Shown: positions 21,577 to 31,250 of the stretch, piece after piece
Position numbering within the stretch: position 1 is the stretch's first letter
How the letters are laid out: every line of letters starts with the position of its first letter
Assembly (NCBI GenBank): GCA_018675685.1
Contig: JABGXP010000007.1
Coordinates: 49,283 to 113,282 of the forward strand
Direction: 5' to 3'
Length of the DNA stretch: 64,000 bases
Source: a bacterium
GTDB taxonomy: Bacteria; Patescibacteriota; Minisyncoccia; Moranbacterales; DUUL01
Made by a program: the position numbers and the translations under genes
The notes under the pieces: model-generated
The model's input: the letters and a program-made list of their open reading frames with translations, nothing else
The model's database searches: none
Told to the model about the DNA's origin: nothing

Positions 21577-22077
21577 TTATACTGCAAAAAGTGCATTAGC
21601 CTCATTCTCCAGCGGATTAATAGCTCTAAAAAGAGCAGATTTTCGGATAAATCCTCCGAAGATATCAGTGAGGGAGTCGCCAACAACAACTTCATCACTA
21701 TAAACCAGGATATGCCGTAGTCCAGTTGGAACATGCAGTAGGTCTCCGTTAACTTTACGGAATTGAGGCAGTAACCTCGCTTTTGTTTGTTTGGCAAAGC
21801 CAAGCTTCTTCCCACCTGTTTTGTGACGATCTTTTCTTGCGAAAAGAATACGACAGCAACCTTTATTGCCTTTGTGTAAGCTTGTAACGCTCATCACCAA
21901 GTCAAATTTTGGTCTTATGATAAAACCTTTCTTGGTGGGTTCAGACTCCACGTCTGCCAGCATTTCTATATCCTGGGGGAGATGCTTTGCAAAGATCATC
22001 CCTCCTTTGTGGATAGAAACTGCAGACGCCTTTACCTTGTTGCCGAAATACCTTTCTTTGAATAGAAAGTATGCCAT
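21577..22077 (-). CDS. Hypothetical basic protein
   Basis: AAGGAG SD before ATG, own promoter (TTGACG-17-TATTAT) and terminator; no recognised motif. Confidence 0.65.
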   Translation of the reverse strand: MAYFLFKERYFGNKVKASAVSIHKGGMIFAKHLPQDIEMLADVESEPTKKGFIIRPKFDLVMSVTSLHKGNKGCCRILFARKDRHKTGGKKLGFAKQTKARLLPQFRKVNGDLLHVPTGLRHILVYSDEVVVGDSLTDIFGGFIRKSALFRAINPLENEANALFAV

Positions 22078-22281
22078 TGCGGTCTCCTTTTGAAAAGGTT
22101 ATGTTCCAAGTCAAACTTGAAACCCAATTAAAAAATGAACTTCTTGTGATTATTCTAGTTAGTATGCTCCACTGGGAACATACCCACTTAAATAAGTATC
22201 CAATAATAACACAACTAGCTTATCGCGTCAAATTTTGGTTATTGGAAAAAATAAAAACAGGGTAAAAACCCTGCAAATTTG

Positions 22282-22365
22282 TGCCGGAGAGAGGACTTGA
22301 ACCTCCATGGGAGTTATCCCACTTGCTCCTAAGGCAAGCGTGTATACCAATTTCACCACTCCGGC
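22282..22365 (-). tRNA. tRNA-Leu(TAG)
   Basis: GCCGGAG acceptor, CTTGC-CTTAGGA-GCAAG, long variable arm, GTTCAAGTC. Confidence 0.95.
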
Positions 22366-22402
22366 TTTATTTCTTTGGCTGCCACAATCAACAAGTTGAT
22401 TG

Positions 22403-22492
22403 TGGCGGAGAGAGAGGGATTCGAACCCTCGGTACTCGTGAAAGTACTTCAGTTTTCAAGACTGATGCATTCGACCACTCTGCCATCTCTCC
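22403..22492 (-). tRNA. tRNA-Ser(TGA)
   Basis: GGAGAGA acceptor, TCAGT-CTTGAAA-ACTGA, long variable arm, G73 plus encoded CCA. Confidence 0.95.
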
Positions 22493-22574
22493 TACAAAAA
22501 CAACAAAAGTAACAACAAGTGCTACCTAAGAGAATGTAACAGTTTTATTTTGTTTTGTAAATAGTTGCGACACA

Positions 22575-23180
22575 TTAAAGCATCCTAACGGTTCTTTTTG
22601 ATGTTACTGCTGGTTTGATTTTTTTGTTTAAAGATGCTTTTTGTGAAGAAGTTTTCCCTTTAAGAGTTCTTTTTCTAGGAGTATCTTTTACAAAAAACTT
22701 ATCTCCTTCACTAAGATTTGTAAAATCATCAGCCTCTTCAATTAATTGAGAAGAACAACTTTCAACAAAGGCCATTACTTCAACTCTGACTCCGAAATTG
22801 TATTGAAGATATTTTACTAAAGGAATATAATCACCATCACCACTAACCAAGACAATTACATCAAGATTTTTTGCTAATTTAATTGCATCAATTGATATTC
22901 CGACATCCCAATCGCCCTTTTTCATGCCACCTTTGAAAATTTGTAAATCTTTTGACTTAACTTCATATCCATGTTTTTCAAGAGATTCAAAAAATTTTTC
23001 CTCAGTTTTTTCCTCAGTTGCAATTCCATATCCAATTGCACGAATTAATTTTCTATCTGCAACAGCTGCTTCTAAAATGCTTTTAAAGTTGGTTTTCTTC
23101 TGATATAAAACACGTGCACTGTAGTACATGTTTTGAATATCGACAAGAATGCCCACTCGTTGTTCTTTGAATTTTGACAT
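22575..23180 (-). CDS. NYN-domain protein (LabA/DUF88 family)
   Basis: ILVDIQNM, KGDWDVGISID, VSGDGDYIPL, LIEEADDF. Confidence 0.92.
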   Translation of the reverse strand: MSKFKEQRVGILVDIQNMYYSARVLYQKKTNFKSILEAAVADRKLIRAIGYGIATEEKTEEKFFESLEKHGYEVKSKDLQIFKGGMKKGDWDVGISIDAIKLAKNLDVIVLVSGDGDYIPLVKYLQYNFGVRVEVMAFVESCSSQLIEEADDFTNLSEGDKFFVKDTPRKRTLKGKTSSQKASLNKKIKPAVTSKRTVRML

Positions 23181-23214
23181 TTTTTTAAATTTAAATAAGC
23201 AAAAAAGGCTTTGC

Positions 23215-23484
23215 TTAGCCTTTTAAGTTTAAGTTCTTGATAACTTTAGCATAAATTTTTTCATTTGTGCTTTTCAGATATTTCATCAACTTCTTTCTTT
23301 GAGAAACCATTCCCAGTAGACCTCTTCGAGAGTGCTTGTCTTTTGGATTGGTTTTTAAATGAGACACAAGTTGTTTGATTTTTTCTGTGAATAGGGCAAT
23401 TTGAAATTCCGCTGAACCAGAGTCTTTTTCGTGTCGTTTGAAAGTTTTTGTAACTTTCGTTTTTTGCTTTGTCGTTAGAGACAT
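23215..23484 (-). CDS. rpsO: 30S ribosomal protein S15
   Basis: HEKDSGSAEFQIA, HLKTNPKDKHSRRGLLGMV; start ATG 23484. Confidence 0.97.
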   Translation of the reverse strand: MSLTTKQKTKVTKTFKRHEKDSGSAEFQIALFTEKIKQLVSHLKTNPKDKHSRRGLLGMVSQRKKLMKYLKSTNEKIYAKVIKNLNLKG

Positions 23485-23497
23485 AAATTTGTTACCG

Positions 23498-23556
23498 TCC
23501 TGTCGTAGCGTTGCTATGCAACCACTGAATAAAAAATTGTTCAACTTCGAGCAGGA
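23498..23556 (-). ncRNA. Candidate structured rpsO leader (S15 autoregulatory element)
   Basis: Closing stem UCCUG-c-UCG/CGA-CAGGA enclosing hairpins UGAA..UUCA and GUUGC-AUA-GCAAC (three-way junction) between promoter and start codon. Confidence 0.5.
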
Positions 23557-23582
23557 AAGCTATTTCAATAAGTTATGTGTAT

Positions 23583-23611
23583 ATTCTAGCAGAAATATTA
23601 GGTTTTGGCAA
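23583..23611 (-). promoter_or_regulatory. sigma70 promoter of rpsO
   Basis: TTGCCA-17nt-TAGAAT with TG extension. Confidence 0.65.
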
Positions 23612-23913
23612 GGTCCTTGAATTTCCTGGTGATCAAAATTAATTTTCAATCATGTTTAGTTTCTTAAAAGTAAAAACTATCTTAATAATTTATAGAGCTG
23701 TTTTTTTGTATATCAATAAGATCGCAGAAAAGAAACTATTTGCAGAAGAAATGTGAAATTTTTATGCTTCCAACAATAGCACGTCAGTGAATGCAGTGTA
23801 TATTTTTTAAAAAGTAGACTTTTCCGCGTTCAATGGTAAAAGATAACTTTTTATTTTATTAGGTTTAATGTATAATATAGGACACATTAAACTAATGTTT
23901 AATAGAGTCAACA

Positions 23914-24375
23914 ATGAAATATTTTTTTGAAACTGACTTTTCACACATTAGGGGGCATATTATTTTTTTGGATATCGACGGAACTATCGTCCCAGACAGA
24001 ATTGATTGTGTTTGTCAAAAAACGTTGGAAAACATTGAAAAATTAAAATTGGTTAATAGGGTTTATTTACTTTCGAACAATAGAGATAAAAGAAGACTCG
24101 AGACTGTTTCTGTAAATACGGGACTAGAATATATAAAACCTTTGCACCGAAAGCCAAAAAGGAGGATCCTACAGGAAATAAGCAGCACACCGACAGAGAA
24201 ATTTTTTGTTATTGGAGACCAAGTCTGTACGGATGTATTATTTGCTAAGCGTATAGGAGCTGAATATATACACGTAAAGCGTTTAAGGGGGGAGAATGAT
24301 AGTGTCAAGATGAGAACCATATATCTTTTCGATGACCTAGCATTAATGTTTTTGGGATTTTTTATGAAAATCTAA
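23914..24375 (+). CDS. HAD-family phosphatase (YqeG-like, subfamily IIIA)
   Basis: FLDIDGTI, LLSNN, RKP, VIGDQVCTD. Confidence 0.88.
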   Translation: MKYFFETDFSHIRGHIIFLDIDGTIVPDRIDCVCQKTLENIEKLKLVNRVYLLSNNRDKRRLETVSVNTGLEYIKPLHRKPKRRILQEISSTPTEKFFVIGDQVCTDVLFAKRIGAEYIHVKRLRGENDSVKMRTIYLFDDLALMFLGFFMKI

Positions 24376-24539
24376 GATTGAAATCGTGCATGAAAAACAC
24401 TGTTGGATTTTTAAAATTAAACAGTGTTTTAATTTATCAAGGTTTCTATGCGTGAATTGCTTTAGCTAATAAAAAAGCTATTGAAAAAGAAAATGATTGT
24501 GTGCTAAACTGATAGTAGAATTAGCTAATAAAACAAAAA

Positions 24540-25148
24540 ATGAAGAAAGGAATTAAAGGAATGTTTCAGCAGTTGCAATTCTCAACAGCAATCTTTTTGG
24601 TGGCAATAATTTTTGCTAGTTACTCTTTTGTAAGTGTTCATGTAAAGGTAGCATTATCTGCAGAAGATACCTATGAAGAAGCCAAAAAAGGCGAGGAAAG
24701 ATCAGGAGGGTCTCCTGATTTTGCTGAGGAAATGAAAAAAACTCTTGATGAGGAAGAGACTAAGAAAATTTTAGAGAAAAAAATAAACAAAGCAAGAGGT
24801 TCACTTGAAATAAATCAAAGAAGATTAAGAATTGTTAGAAATATAGTTACCAGCACTGTCGCCCAGTTACAATTAGAAAGAACTGAGATAACAGAATTGC
24901 GAGGTAATTCAAAAATTTTTGAAAAAAAGCTGAGCGAGCTGGAAATTTTATATAAAGATTATTTGAACAATCTTGTTGTGTTTAGTAATGGGAAAGGACC
25001 AAACCCTGGTGATATAAAAGAAGTCTTTGATAACGCTCGAATAAAAAAGGAACAATTGAGAGATTTTTACGACAATACTCTCCGAGGAGATTTCGAAGAA
25101 GCACTTCGTAGAAATGAAGAGTGGAAAGCAGAGGAGGCGGATAAATAA
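24540..25148 (+). CDS. Hypothetical secreted/anchored coiled-coil protein
   Basis: N-terminal hydrophobic segment followed by charged helices. Confidence 0.7.
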   Translation: MKKGIKGMFQQLQFSTAIFLVAIIFASYSFVSVHVKVALSAEDTYEEAKKGEERSGGSPDFAEEMKKTLDEEETKKILEKKINKARGSLEINQRRLRIVRNIVTSTVAQLQLERTEITELRGNSKIFEKKLSELEILYKDYLNNLVVFSNGKGPNPGDIKEVFDNARIKKEQLRDFYDNTLRGDFEEALRRNEEWKAEEADK

Positions 25149-25163
25149 AATAAAGGAAGAATT

Positions 25164-25424
25164 ATGAAAAGTAAGATCATCGCAGGGATAATTATTTGGC
25201 TAGTCATTGCCACCGCAACTGCTGCTAGTGTTGCCTATATTAATTATGAGAAAAAAATGGACAGTTCTTTTGAATTAGCAGCCAAGGTTGATATAGATGA
25301 GGTTGAGGCAGGAAATGATAAAGTTCAAAAAAATAATATAATAGACAGTCCTTTGAGGAGTAAGGAGGAGATTTTGATTGATTTAGATAGAGGCATGGAT
25401 AATATTATTTTTGATGAGAAATAG
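25164..25424 (+). CDS. Hypothetical single-TM protein
   Basis: N-terminal TM; operonic with 24540..25148. Confidence 0.65.
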   Translation: MKSKIIAGIIIWLVIATATAASVAYINYEKKMDSSFELAAKVDIDEVEAGNDKVQKNNIIDSPLRSKEEILIDLDRGMDNIIFDEK

Positions 25425-25521
25425 GGTCGGAGTGTATTTTTTCAAAATCGTCAGTGATGGCGATTTTTTATTTTGGTTTTTTGCTATGGTATAATAAAAA
25501 AATAAAAAAAATATTGTTAAA

Positions 25522-26355
25522 ATGTTGAAAATAACGAAGAATAAAAAAGTTGCAAAAATATTTTGGATAATCACACCAATCACATTAATATTTTTTATTT
25601 TTTTTGGGATTAGAAAGCCCTCGAATAATCGGGTTTGGGAGGTAGATCAGAGTATCTTGCCAAGTGTAGATATTCAAGAGAATGTTATTGAAATTAAAAA
25701 CATTAGAAACTTTAAGTATAAAACCGAAATAGATTATATTGAGAATTATTATGATAAGGTTTTTGATTTAAATGAAATCGTAAGTGTTGATTTTATTCTC
25801 GAGCCATTTTCAAATTGGGAAGGAGCGGCGCATACTTTTCTGAGTTTTGGTTTTGAGAATGATGAATATATCGCGGTTTCAATCGAAATTCGCAAAGAAA
25901 TAGGGGAAAAATTTTCAGTTTGGAAAGGTCTTTTGAATGAATATGAGATTATGTATGTAATTGCAGATGAGAGAGATGTTGTCAAACTGCGTTCTAATTT
26001 TCGTAAAGACGATGTTTATATATACCCAATTAAAACCAGTCAAGAGAAAACCAAAGAATTATTCTTGGATATGATGCAACGTGTGAAGAAGCTTGAAACT
26101 GAACCAGAATTTTATAATACAATTACAAACACTTGCACAACTGGAATTTTGTATCATGTAAATAAGATTTCCCCCAAGAGAATACCTTTTGATTTTCGTG
26201 TTTTGGTGCCCGGATATTCTGATAAGCTAGGTTATGAAATAGGGTTGTTTGATACAGAGCTTTCTTTTGAAGAGGCTCGAGAGAAATTCCATATAAATAA
26301 ACGAGCGGAGAAATTTTCAGATGACCCAGAATTTTCCAGACTTATTAGGGAGTAA
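25522..26355 (+). CDS. DUF4105 (Lnb-like, permuted papain-fold) protein
   Basis: IKNIRNF, AAHTFLSFGF, SIEIRKE, ADERD, FYNTITNTCTT. Confidence 0.8.
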   Translation: MLKITKNKKVAKIFWIITPITLIFFIFFGIRKPSNNRVWEVDQSILPSVDIQENVIEIKNIRNFKYKTEIDYIENYYDKVFDLNEIVSVDFILEPFSNWEGAAHTFLSFGFENDEYIAVSIEIRKEIGEKFSVWKGLLNEYEIMYVIADERDVVKLRSNFRKDDVYIYPIKTSQEKTKELFLDMMQRVKKLETEPEFYNTITNTCTTGILYHVNKISPKRIPFDFRVLVPGYSDKLGYEIGLFDTELSFEEAREKFHINKRAEKFSDDPEFSRLIRE

Positions 26356-26363
26356 ACTTGATA

Positions 26364-26413
26364 TATTTACAAACAAAAAACCTGGCTTATACAGGTTTTT
26401 TTGTTTGTAAATA
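26364..26413. terminator. Bidirectional terminator
   Basis: TATTTACAAACAAAAAACCTG/CAGGTTTTTTTGTTTGTAAATA between convergent genes. Confidence 0.8.
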
Positions 26414-26420
26414 TAAAGGA

Positions 26421-27872
26421 TCAATTCGCTAGATCCAATTCTTTTTCAATCCTTATTTGTCCAATAAATTCAGGGACATGGCTAACTATTATCATTGCAC
26501 CTTTGTATTCATCTAGAGCTTTTGCAATTATTGGTAAATGCCTAAAGTTAATATGATTGGTTGGCTCATCAAGAATAAGTAACCCTGGTTTTTGCAAAAC
26601 TAACCTTGCAAAAGCAACCAAACCTTTTTGTCCTTCTGATAAAGAGCCGATTTTTGCATTAATAATTTTTTGATCTATTAGAAATCCGGCAGCAATTTTT
26701 CGTAGCATTTGTTCATCTACTATGGTCATTACAGACTCCAGCGAATCATGTACGGTTTCATCAAAATTCAGTGTAGAGAAATCTTGTCGATAATAACCAA
26801 CGGAAACTCCTTCTTTGATTTTAGTCCCATTGGAATGCTGGTCTGCAAGTTTTTCTAAAAGAGTACTTTTCCCAATTCCGTTTGGTCCCTTCAATAAAAG
26901 GTGTTCATTTTTCTTTAAAGAAATATTTGCCTCCTTTTTGGTTTCTTTGTGATCTTGCATGACTGTGAAGGAGGAAATCTCAATTAAATCTCCCATTAAA
27001 TCATCTTGTGCTGGAATTATAAAATCTCTAATCTCCTGATCTTCTCTTCGAATAGCAACTTTTTCTGCCTCCATTCTTTCCACTTCATTCTTCATCTTCC
27101 TTGCGACAAGTCTCATTTTACCTCCTTTGTTTGCGAAATAATTTATTTTTTCTTTGTTGTCGCGAATCTTTTTCTCTGCCTGAGCATTCTTCCGTTGTTC
27201 TTTTTCAACCCTTGCTGCTATCTCCTCAACTACGTTGTAGTAATCGCCAACATATTGCTCCACTTTTTGCTTATAGATATCAAGATAGAGAACTCCGTCA
27301 GTAAAGGTGTTCAAAAAGTCTGCATCATGTGAAATGACAATACAAGTTTTTTCATAACACATCAAAAAGGTCATTAAATGACCAATTCCTTCCGGGTCGA
27401 GATTGTTTGTTGGTTCATCAAGGATTAATAAATCAGGGTCCTGGATTAGAGCTGAAGCAAGCAACAGTCTCGCTTGTTGGCCACCAGAAAAATCCTTAAT
27501 CTTTTGCTCATGAGATGCATGCAAATTTACGATCTCGAGAACATTGTCAATTTTTGGAGTGATTGCATAGATTTTCTCGTCAAAGCATTTTTCAAAAAAC
27601 TCAGTTAAGCTTAATTCCATCTCTTTTGGTGGAATCACTTGCTTTGCATATGCAATCTTTAGACCATTCGAGACATGAATTGTTCCTCCTCTTGGCTTTA
27701 AATCACCAGTGATAAGGTTTAAGATGGTGCTTTTCCCAGCTCCGTTCTGGCCCATAATCGCTATTTTTGATCCAGGACGAATTGCAAAAGAAGCCTCATC
27801 AAGGATTTTTTTATCACGACTATACTCAAAAGAAACCGAATTAAACCTAATAGCTACTTCTTCTCTTCCCAT
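26421..27872 (-). CDS. ABC-F family ATPase
   Basis: Two NBDs (GQNGAGKST/FSGGQ/LDEPTNNLD; GPNGIGKST/LSEGQ/LDEPTNH), helical linker, no TM. Confidence 0.92.
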   Translation of the reverse strand: MGREEVAIRFNSVSFEYSRDKKILDEASFAIRPGSKIAIMGQNGAGKSTILNLITGDLKPRGGTIHVSNGLKIAYAKQVIPPKEMELSLTEFFEKCFDEKIYAITPKIDNVLEIVNLHASHEQKIKDFSGGQQARLLLASALIQDPDLLILDEPTNNLDPEGIGHLMTFLMCYEKTCIVISHDADFLNTFTDGVLYLDIYKQKVEQYVGDYYNVVEEIAARVEKEQRKNAQAEKKIRDNKEKINYFANKGGKMRLVARKMKNEVERMEAEKVAIRREDQEIRDFIIPAQDDLMGDLIEISSFTVMQDHKETKKEANISLKKNEHLLLKGPNGIGKSTLLEKLADQHSNGTKIKEGVSVGYYRQDFSTLNFDETVHDSLESVMTIVDEQMLRKIAAGFLIDQKIINAKIGSLSEGQKGLVAFARLVLQKPGLLILDEPTNHINFRHLPIIAKALDEYKGAMIIVSHVPEFIGQIRIEKELDLAN

Positions 27873-28093
27873 ACAAAATAAAAAGTGACTATCTCTATAT
27901 ATTCTTTGATGTTTTCAAAGTAGTATTTAGAAACAATCTAATAATTAAAAATAATAAATAAAAACAAGCAACATAATATTCAGTGATGAACGTTTTCTAT
28001 TGCGAGTTATTTTAAGTTATGCAGAAAATTTTAACATATCTAATAACTTTGCCAAGTGTAACTGTTTTTTTTAAAAAATGAAAGAGGGAGTCT

Positions 28094-28972
28094 CTAACTG
28101 TGGAATTTTTTACAAGGTTCATCATCAAATTCCATCTCTAAGGTGGAATATTTAATATTATTTTCAAGTAACTTATTCTTGAGACGTTTCTTGAGCGTCT
28201 TGACTTGGTTTTGAGGGATTTCACAGCTAACAACAATATGTGAACTCAGAACATGACTTTCTCCGTCTAAGGACCAAAGATGTGTGTTGTGAACATCTTT
28301 TACGAGTTTGTCTTCTTTAAAAAATCCTTCAACCGTTTTAATATCTAGAGATTCAGGAGCTGCTTGTAAAAAAAGCATTGTAGTTGATTTGAAATTTTTT
28401 CCAACTCCCCAAAAAATATAAAGTGTGATAAAAATTGAAAGAAGGGGGTCGAGAATAGTTATCGTTGAAAAAATCATTATAATACTTGCAATGAAAACAG
28501 CCACCCAACTTAAGAGATCCCCAAGAAGATGCCACGAAATTATTTTTTCATTTTGAGTACTTCCCTTAGAAACCTTATTAATTGCTATAGCATTGACTAT
28601 CATTCCAATGATTGAAACAAAAATCATTCCCTCAGCATTAGATTGTTCGGGACTCCATAGTCGAGGGATTGCTTCAGAAAGAATAAAAATAGAGCCAATA
28701 AGTAAAATAATTGCATTAATTAGAGCAGCAAGTAGAGATAGTCTTTTGTAGCCATAAGAGAAATGAGGAGTACTTTCCTTTTTAGCTATTTTTTCTAGAA
28801 ACCAAGCAACCCCTAAAGACAGGGAGTCCTCAAGGTCATGTAAGGCATTTGAAATCACGGCGATACTATTCGTAAGATAACCGCCTATAAGTTCAATTAA
28901 AGTGAAAGATATTTTTAGAAAAAAGGCGAAACCAATATTTTTCTCTGGATGTGAGTTGTGATCATGCTTCAT
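28094..28972 (-). CDS. Cation diffusion facilitator (CzcD/ZitB-like)
   Basis: His-rich N-terminus, HDLED and HLLGD metal site, FSYGYKR, HNTHLWSLDG. Confidence 0.9.
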   Translation of the reverse strand: MKHDHNSHPEKNIGFAFFLKISFTLIELIGGYLTNSIAVISNALHDLEDSLSLGVAWFLEKIAKKESTPHFSYGYKRLSLLAALINAIILLIGSIFILSEAIPRLWSPEQSNAEGMIFVSIIGMIVNAIAINKVSKGSTQNEKIISWHLLGDLLSWVAVFIASIIMIFSTITILDPLLSIFITLYIFWGVGKNFKSTTMLFLQAAPESLDIKTVEGFFKEDKLVKDVHNTHLWSLDGESHVLSSHIVVSCEIPQNQVKTLKKRLKNKLLENNIKYSTLEMEFDDEPCKKFHS

Positions 28973-29079
28973 AACCTTGATTCATTAGCTTTAAGTATTG
29001 TTTATTTTAGCATAATAATAGCTAAAGATGAAAAATTAAGTTCATTAGTTAGTTACAACAGCTTAGAATACTTTCAAAA

Positions 29080-29108
29080 TGCAAACAAAAATGTTAAATT
29101 TCGTATAT
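29080..29108 (+). promoter_or_regulatory. ECF-type promoter (autoregulatory)
   Basis: TGCAAAC-15nt-CGTATAT; same motif and spacing at 30520..30548. Confidence 0.7.
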
Positions 29109-29140
29109 AAAAGGGAGAATAAAAAGAATAATAGATTTTA

Positions 29141-29719
29141 ATGAATGAATTTCAAGTGGAGAAATCTGACGAAGAGCTCGTTGAACTATCCAAAAATGAT
29201 CCAGATGTCTTTGGGGAATTAGTCAAGAGATATGAGCAACGACTCTTTGGTTTTGTTAGAAGAATTTCTTACTATTCGACTGAGGACATTGAAGACATCA
29301 TCCAAGACACCTTCATTAAGGTTTATAAAAACCTTAATGCATTTGATAGTTCCTTTAAATTTTCATCCTGGATTTATCGAATTGCAAGGAATACCACATT
29401 TGATGCAATTCGCAAAAAACATGCCAGACCCCAAGCAGCTCGATTGGAGGAAGAGGAGCTTATAAAAATTTTTCGATCAGGGCTTGATTTGGAAAAAGAA
29501 ATCATTGCAAACGACGACTTGAGCAAAGTAAAAAAAATTATTGATAATATGCCGATTAGATATAAAGAGATCTTTGTTTTAAAGTTTATAGAAGAAAAGA
29601 GTTATGAAGAGATTATGGATATTGTTAAAAAACCAAAGGGAACGATTGCAACTCTTATTAGTCGAGGAAGAAAAATCATAAGCAAAGAAGTGAAGAGGCA
29701 GAAAATAATTTTAAATTAA
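29141..29719 (+). CDS. ECF RNA polymerase sigma factor (copy 1)
   Basis: SDEELV, EDIIQDTFIKVY, FSSWIYRIARN, SYEEIMDIVKKPKGTIATLISRGR. Confidence 0.93.
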   Translation: MNEFQVEKSDEELVELSKNDPDVFGELVKRYEQRLFGFVRRISYYSTEDIEDIIQDTFIKVYKNLNAFDSSFKFSSWIYRIARNTTFDAIRKKHARPQAARLEEEELIKIFRSGLDLEKEIIANDDLSKVKKIIDNMPIRYKEIFVLKFIEEKSYEEIMDIVKKPKGTIATLISRGRKIISKEVKRQKIILN

Positions 29720-29724
29720 AAGCT

Positions 29725-30510
29725 ATGAAAAAAAACATCTCTAAAGAAATTATTGCAACAATTAAAAAAGAAAAAATAAAACCAATTGAAAAATGGAGAA
29801 TTAATTTAAAAAATTATCTATATTGGGGGATTGTAGTAATGATGGTTTTATTGTCAGGAGCATTTTTTTCTTTAATAATTTTAAGTGCTCTTTCTTTCGG
29901 GCCTGAAGTCTTTATGTTTTTTAAGATAGGGAAAATTCTTCGAATTTTGATTTTTGCAGCACCGTATCTTTGGATTATTGCTTTCGCTGTTTGTGTTTTT
30001 CTGGGAGTTTTGATTTTTCAAAAAACAAAAACTGGTTATAGGCATAACATCTTGTTTGTTTTGAGTACAATCCTTCTAATCGTTTCTGTTCTGGGTGTTG
30101 CCGCACATTTTTCTAGAGCAAACGAGAGATTTGAAAATAATTTTCTAGGAAAAGGTCATAGCCCAATGTTGATGAAATTGAAGAAAGAGAGACGTCTGCT
30201 GATGCCTGAAGAAGGTGTTTTAGTCGGAGTAGTAATAGAGGCTGGAGAGAATAAAATTCTACTTAAAGATCCGATGCAGAAAATATGGACTGTCGAGTAT
30301 TCCAAGAAAACAAGAATTAGAAAGGGGACTAAATTGATTATCGGGGAAGAACTGTTGATTATTGGTAGTAAAAAAGAGAAAGACCTCTTCTTGGCCATGG
30401 GCATTGGGAAATTTAAAAAGCCAAATGACATGAGATCCAAAGATCATGCGAAGGGGAAAATTTTAAAAGAAAAAAAGAAAGGGCAAGGCAATAAATATCC
30501 TAAAAAGTAA
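29725..30510 (+). CDS. Putative membrane anti-sigma factor with C-terminal DUF5666-like OB fold
   Basis: Directly follows the ECF; 3 TM helices; GVLVGVV..WTV..T..GE..IIG..FLA beta pattern. Confidence 0.65.
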   Translation: MKKNISKEIIATIKKEKIKPIEKWRINLKNYLYWGIVVMMVLLSGAFFSLIILSALSFGPEVFMFFKIGKILRILIFAAPYLWIIAFAVCVFLGVLIFQKTKTGYRHNILFVLSTILLIVSVLGVAAHFSRANERFENNFLGKGHSPMLMKLKKERRLLMPEEGVLVGVVIEAGENKILLKDPMQKIWTVEYSKKTRIRKGTKLIIGEELLIIGSKKEKDLFLAMGIGKFKKPNDMRSKDHAKGKILKEKKKGQGNKYPKK

Positions 30511-30519
30511 ACAATGGAT

Positions 30520-30548
30520 TGCAAACTTTTATTTTGATTACCGTATAT
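30520..30548 (+). promoter_or_regulatory. ECF-type promoter
   Basis: TGCAAAC-15nt-CGTATAT. Confidence 0.7.
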
Positions 30549-30626
30549 TACTAGTGAGGCTTAAAAATGGATAGCTAGCATCCAAGAAAGCGAGAAACTT
30601 TAATAAAATAATTAAGAGTAATTTCT

Positions 30627-31160
30627 ATGGAGAAAATCAGTCAAAGCAATGATGACAAAATAGATAACAAAAAAAAGAGCATAACAAAAGAGCAAAAGAC
30701 GAAAGTTTTAATTATTGCTGCAAGTGTTTGTTTGGTAGCTGGGGTGGCTGGTGTCGGTATTGCCAAGGCTAGCTCAAAGGGTGATAGACATGAAGCTTTC
30801 GCTGAGAGATTTGCACAAAGATTCAATGTGAACAAGGAGGATGTTAAAAAAGTTTTTATCCAGCACAAAGCTGAAGTGCGAGAGGAGAGAAGAACCGCAA
30901 TAAGAAAAAGGCATGAAGACGAACTAAATCAAGCAGTTGCTAGTGGAAAAATAACTATTGCTCAAAAGATATCGATACTCAAGAGAGTAGAAGAAATACA
31001 GGCAATTAGAAAGGAGAATATAGAAGAGGGAAGAGAATTCCGCAAGGAAAGAAGGGAAGAGAGTCAAAAACATAGAGAAGAGATGGAAGAATGGGCAAGT
31101 GACAATGGAATTCCAAAAGGATTAATTGGTCATCATGGACCTCATATGCGAAAAAAATAG
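30627..31160 (+). CDS. Hypothetical exported helical protein (likely ECF target)
   Basis: TM/signal ending AKA-S, charged helices, AVASGKIT..QK motif, His-rich C-terminus. Confidence 0.75.
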   Translation: MEKISQSNDDKIDNKKKSITKEQKTKVLIIAASVCLVAGVAGVGIAKASSKGDRHEAFAERFAQRFNVNKEDVKKVFIQHKAEVREERRTAIRKRHEDELNQAVASGKITIAQKISILKRVEEIQAIRKENIEEGREFRKERREESQKHREEMEEWASDNGIPKGLIGHHGPHMRKK

Positions 31161-31200
31161 TAGAAGCAAGAACTTTATAATTTCTGACTTCTCAAATAAA

Positions 31201-31231
31201 CTAAAAAACCACCATAATAGTGGTTTTTTAG
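31201..31231. terminator. Bidirectional terminator
   Basis: CTAAAAAACCAC/GTGGTTTTTTAG. Confidence 0.75.
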
Positions 31232-31250
31232 TTTATTTCCCCTGGATTGT

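Noticed and set aside
23620-23913. AT-rich gap as replication origin
   Set aside because: No clustered TTATCCACA boxes and no dnaA nearby; divergent promoters explain it.
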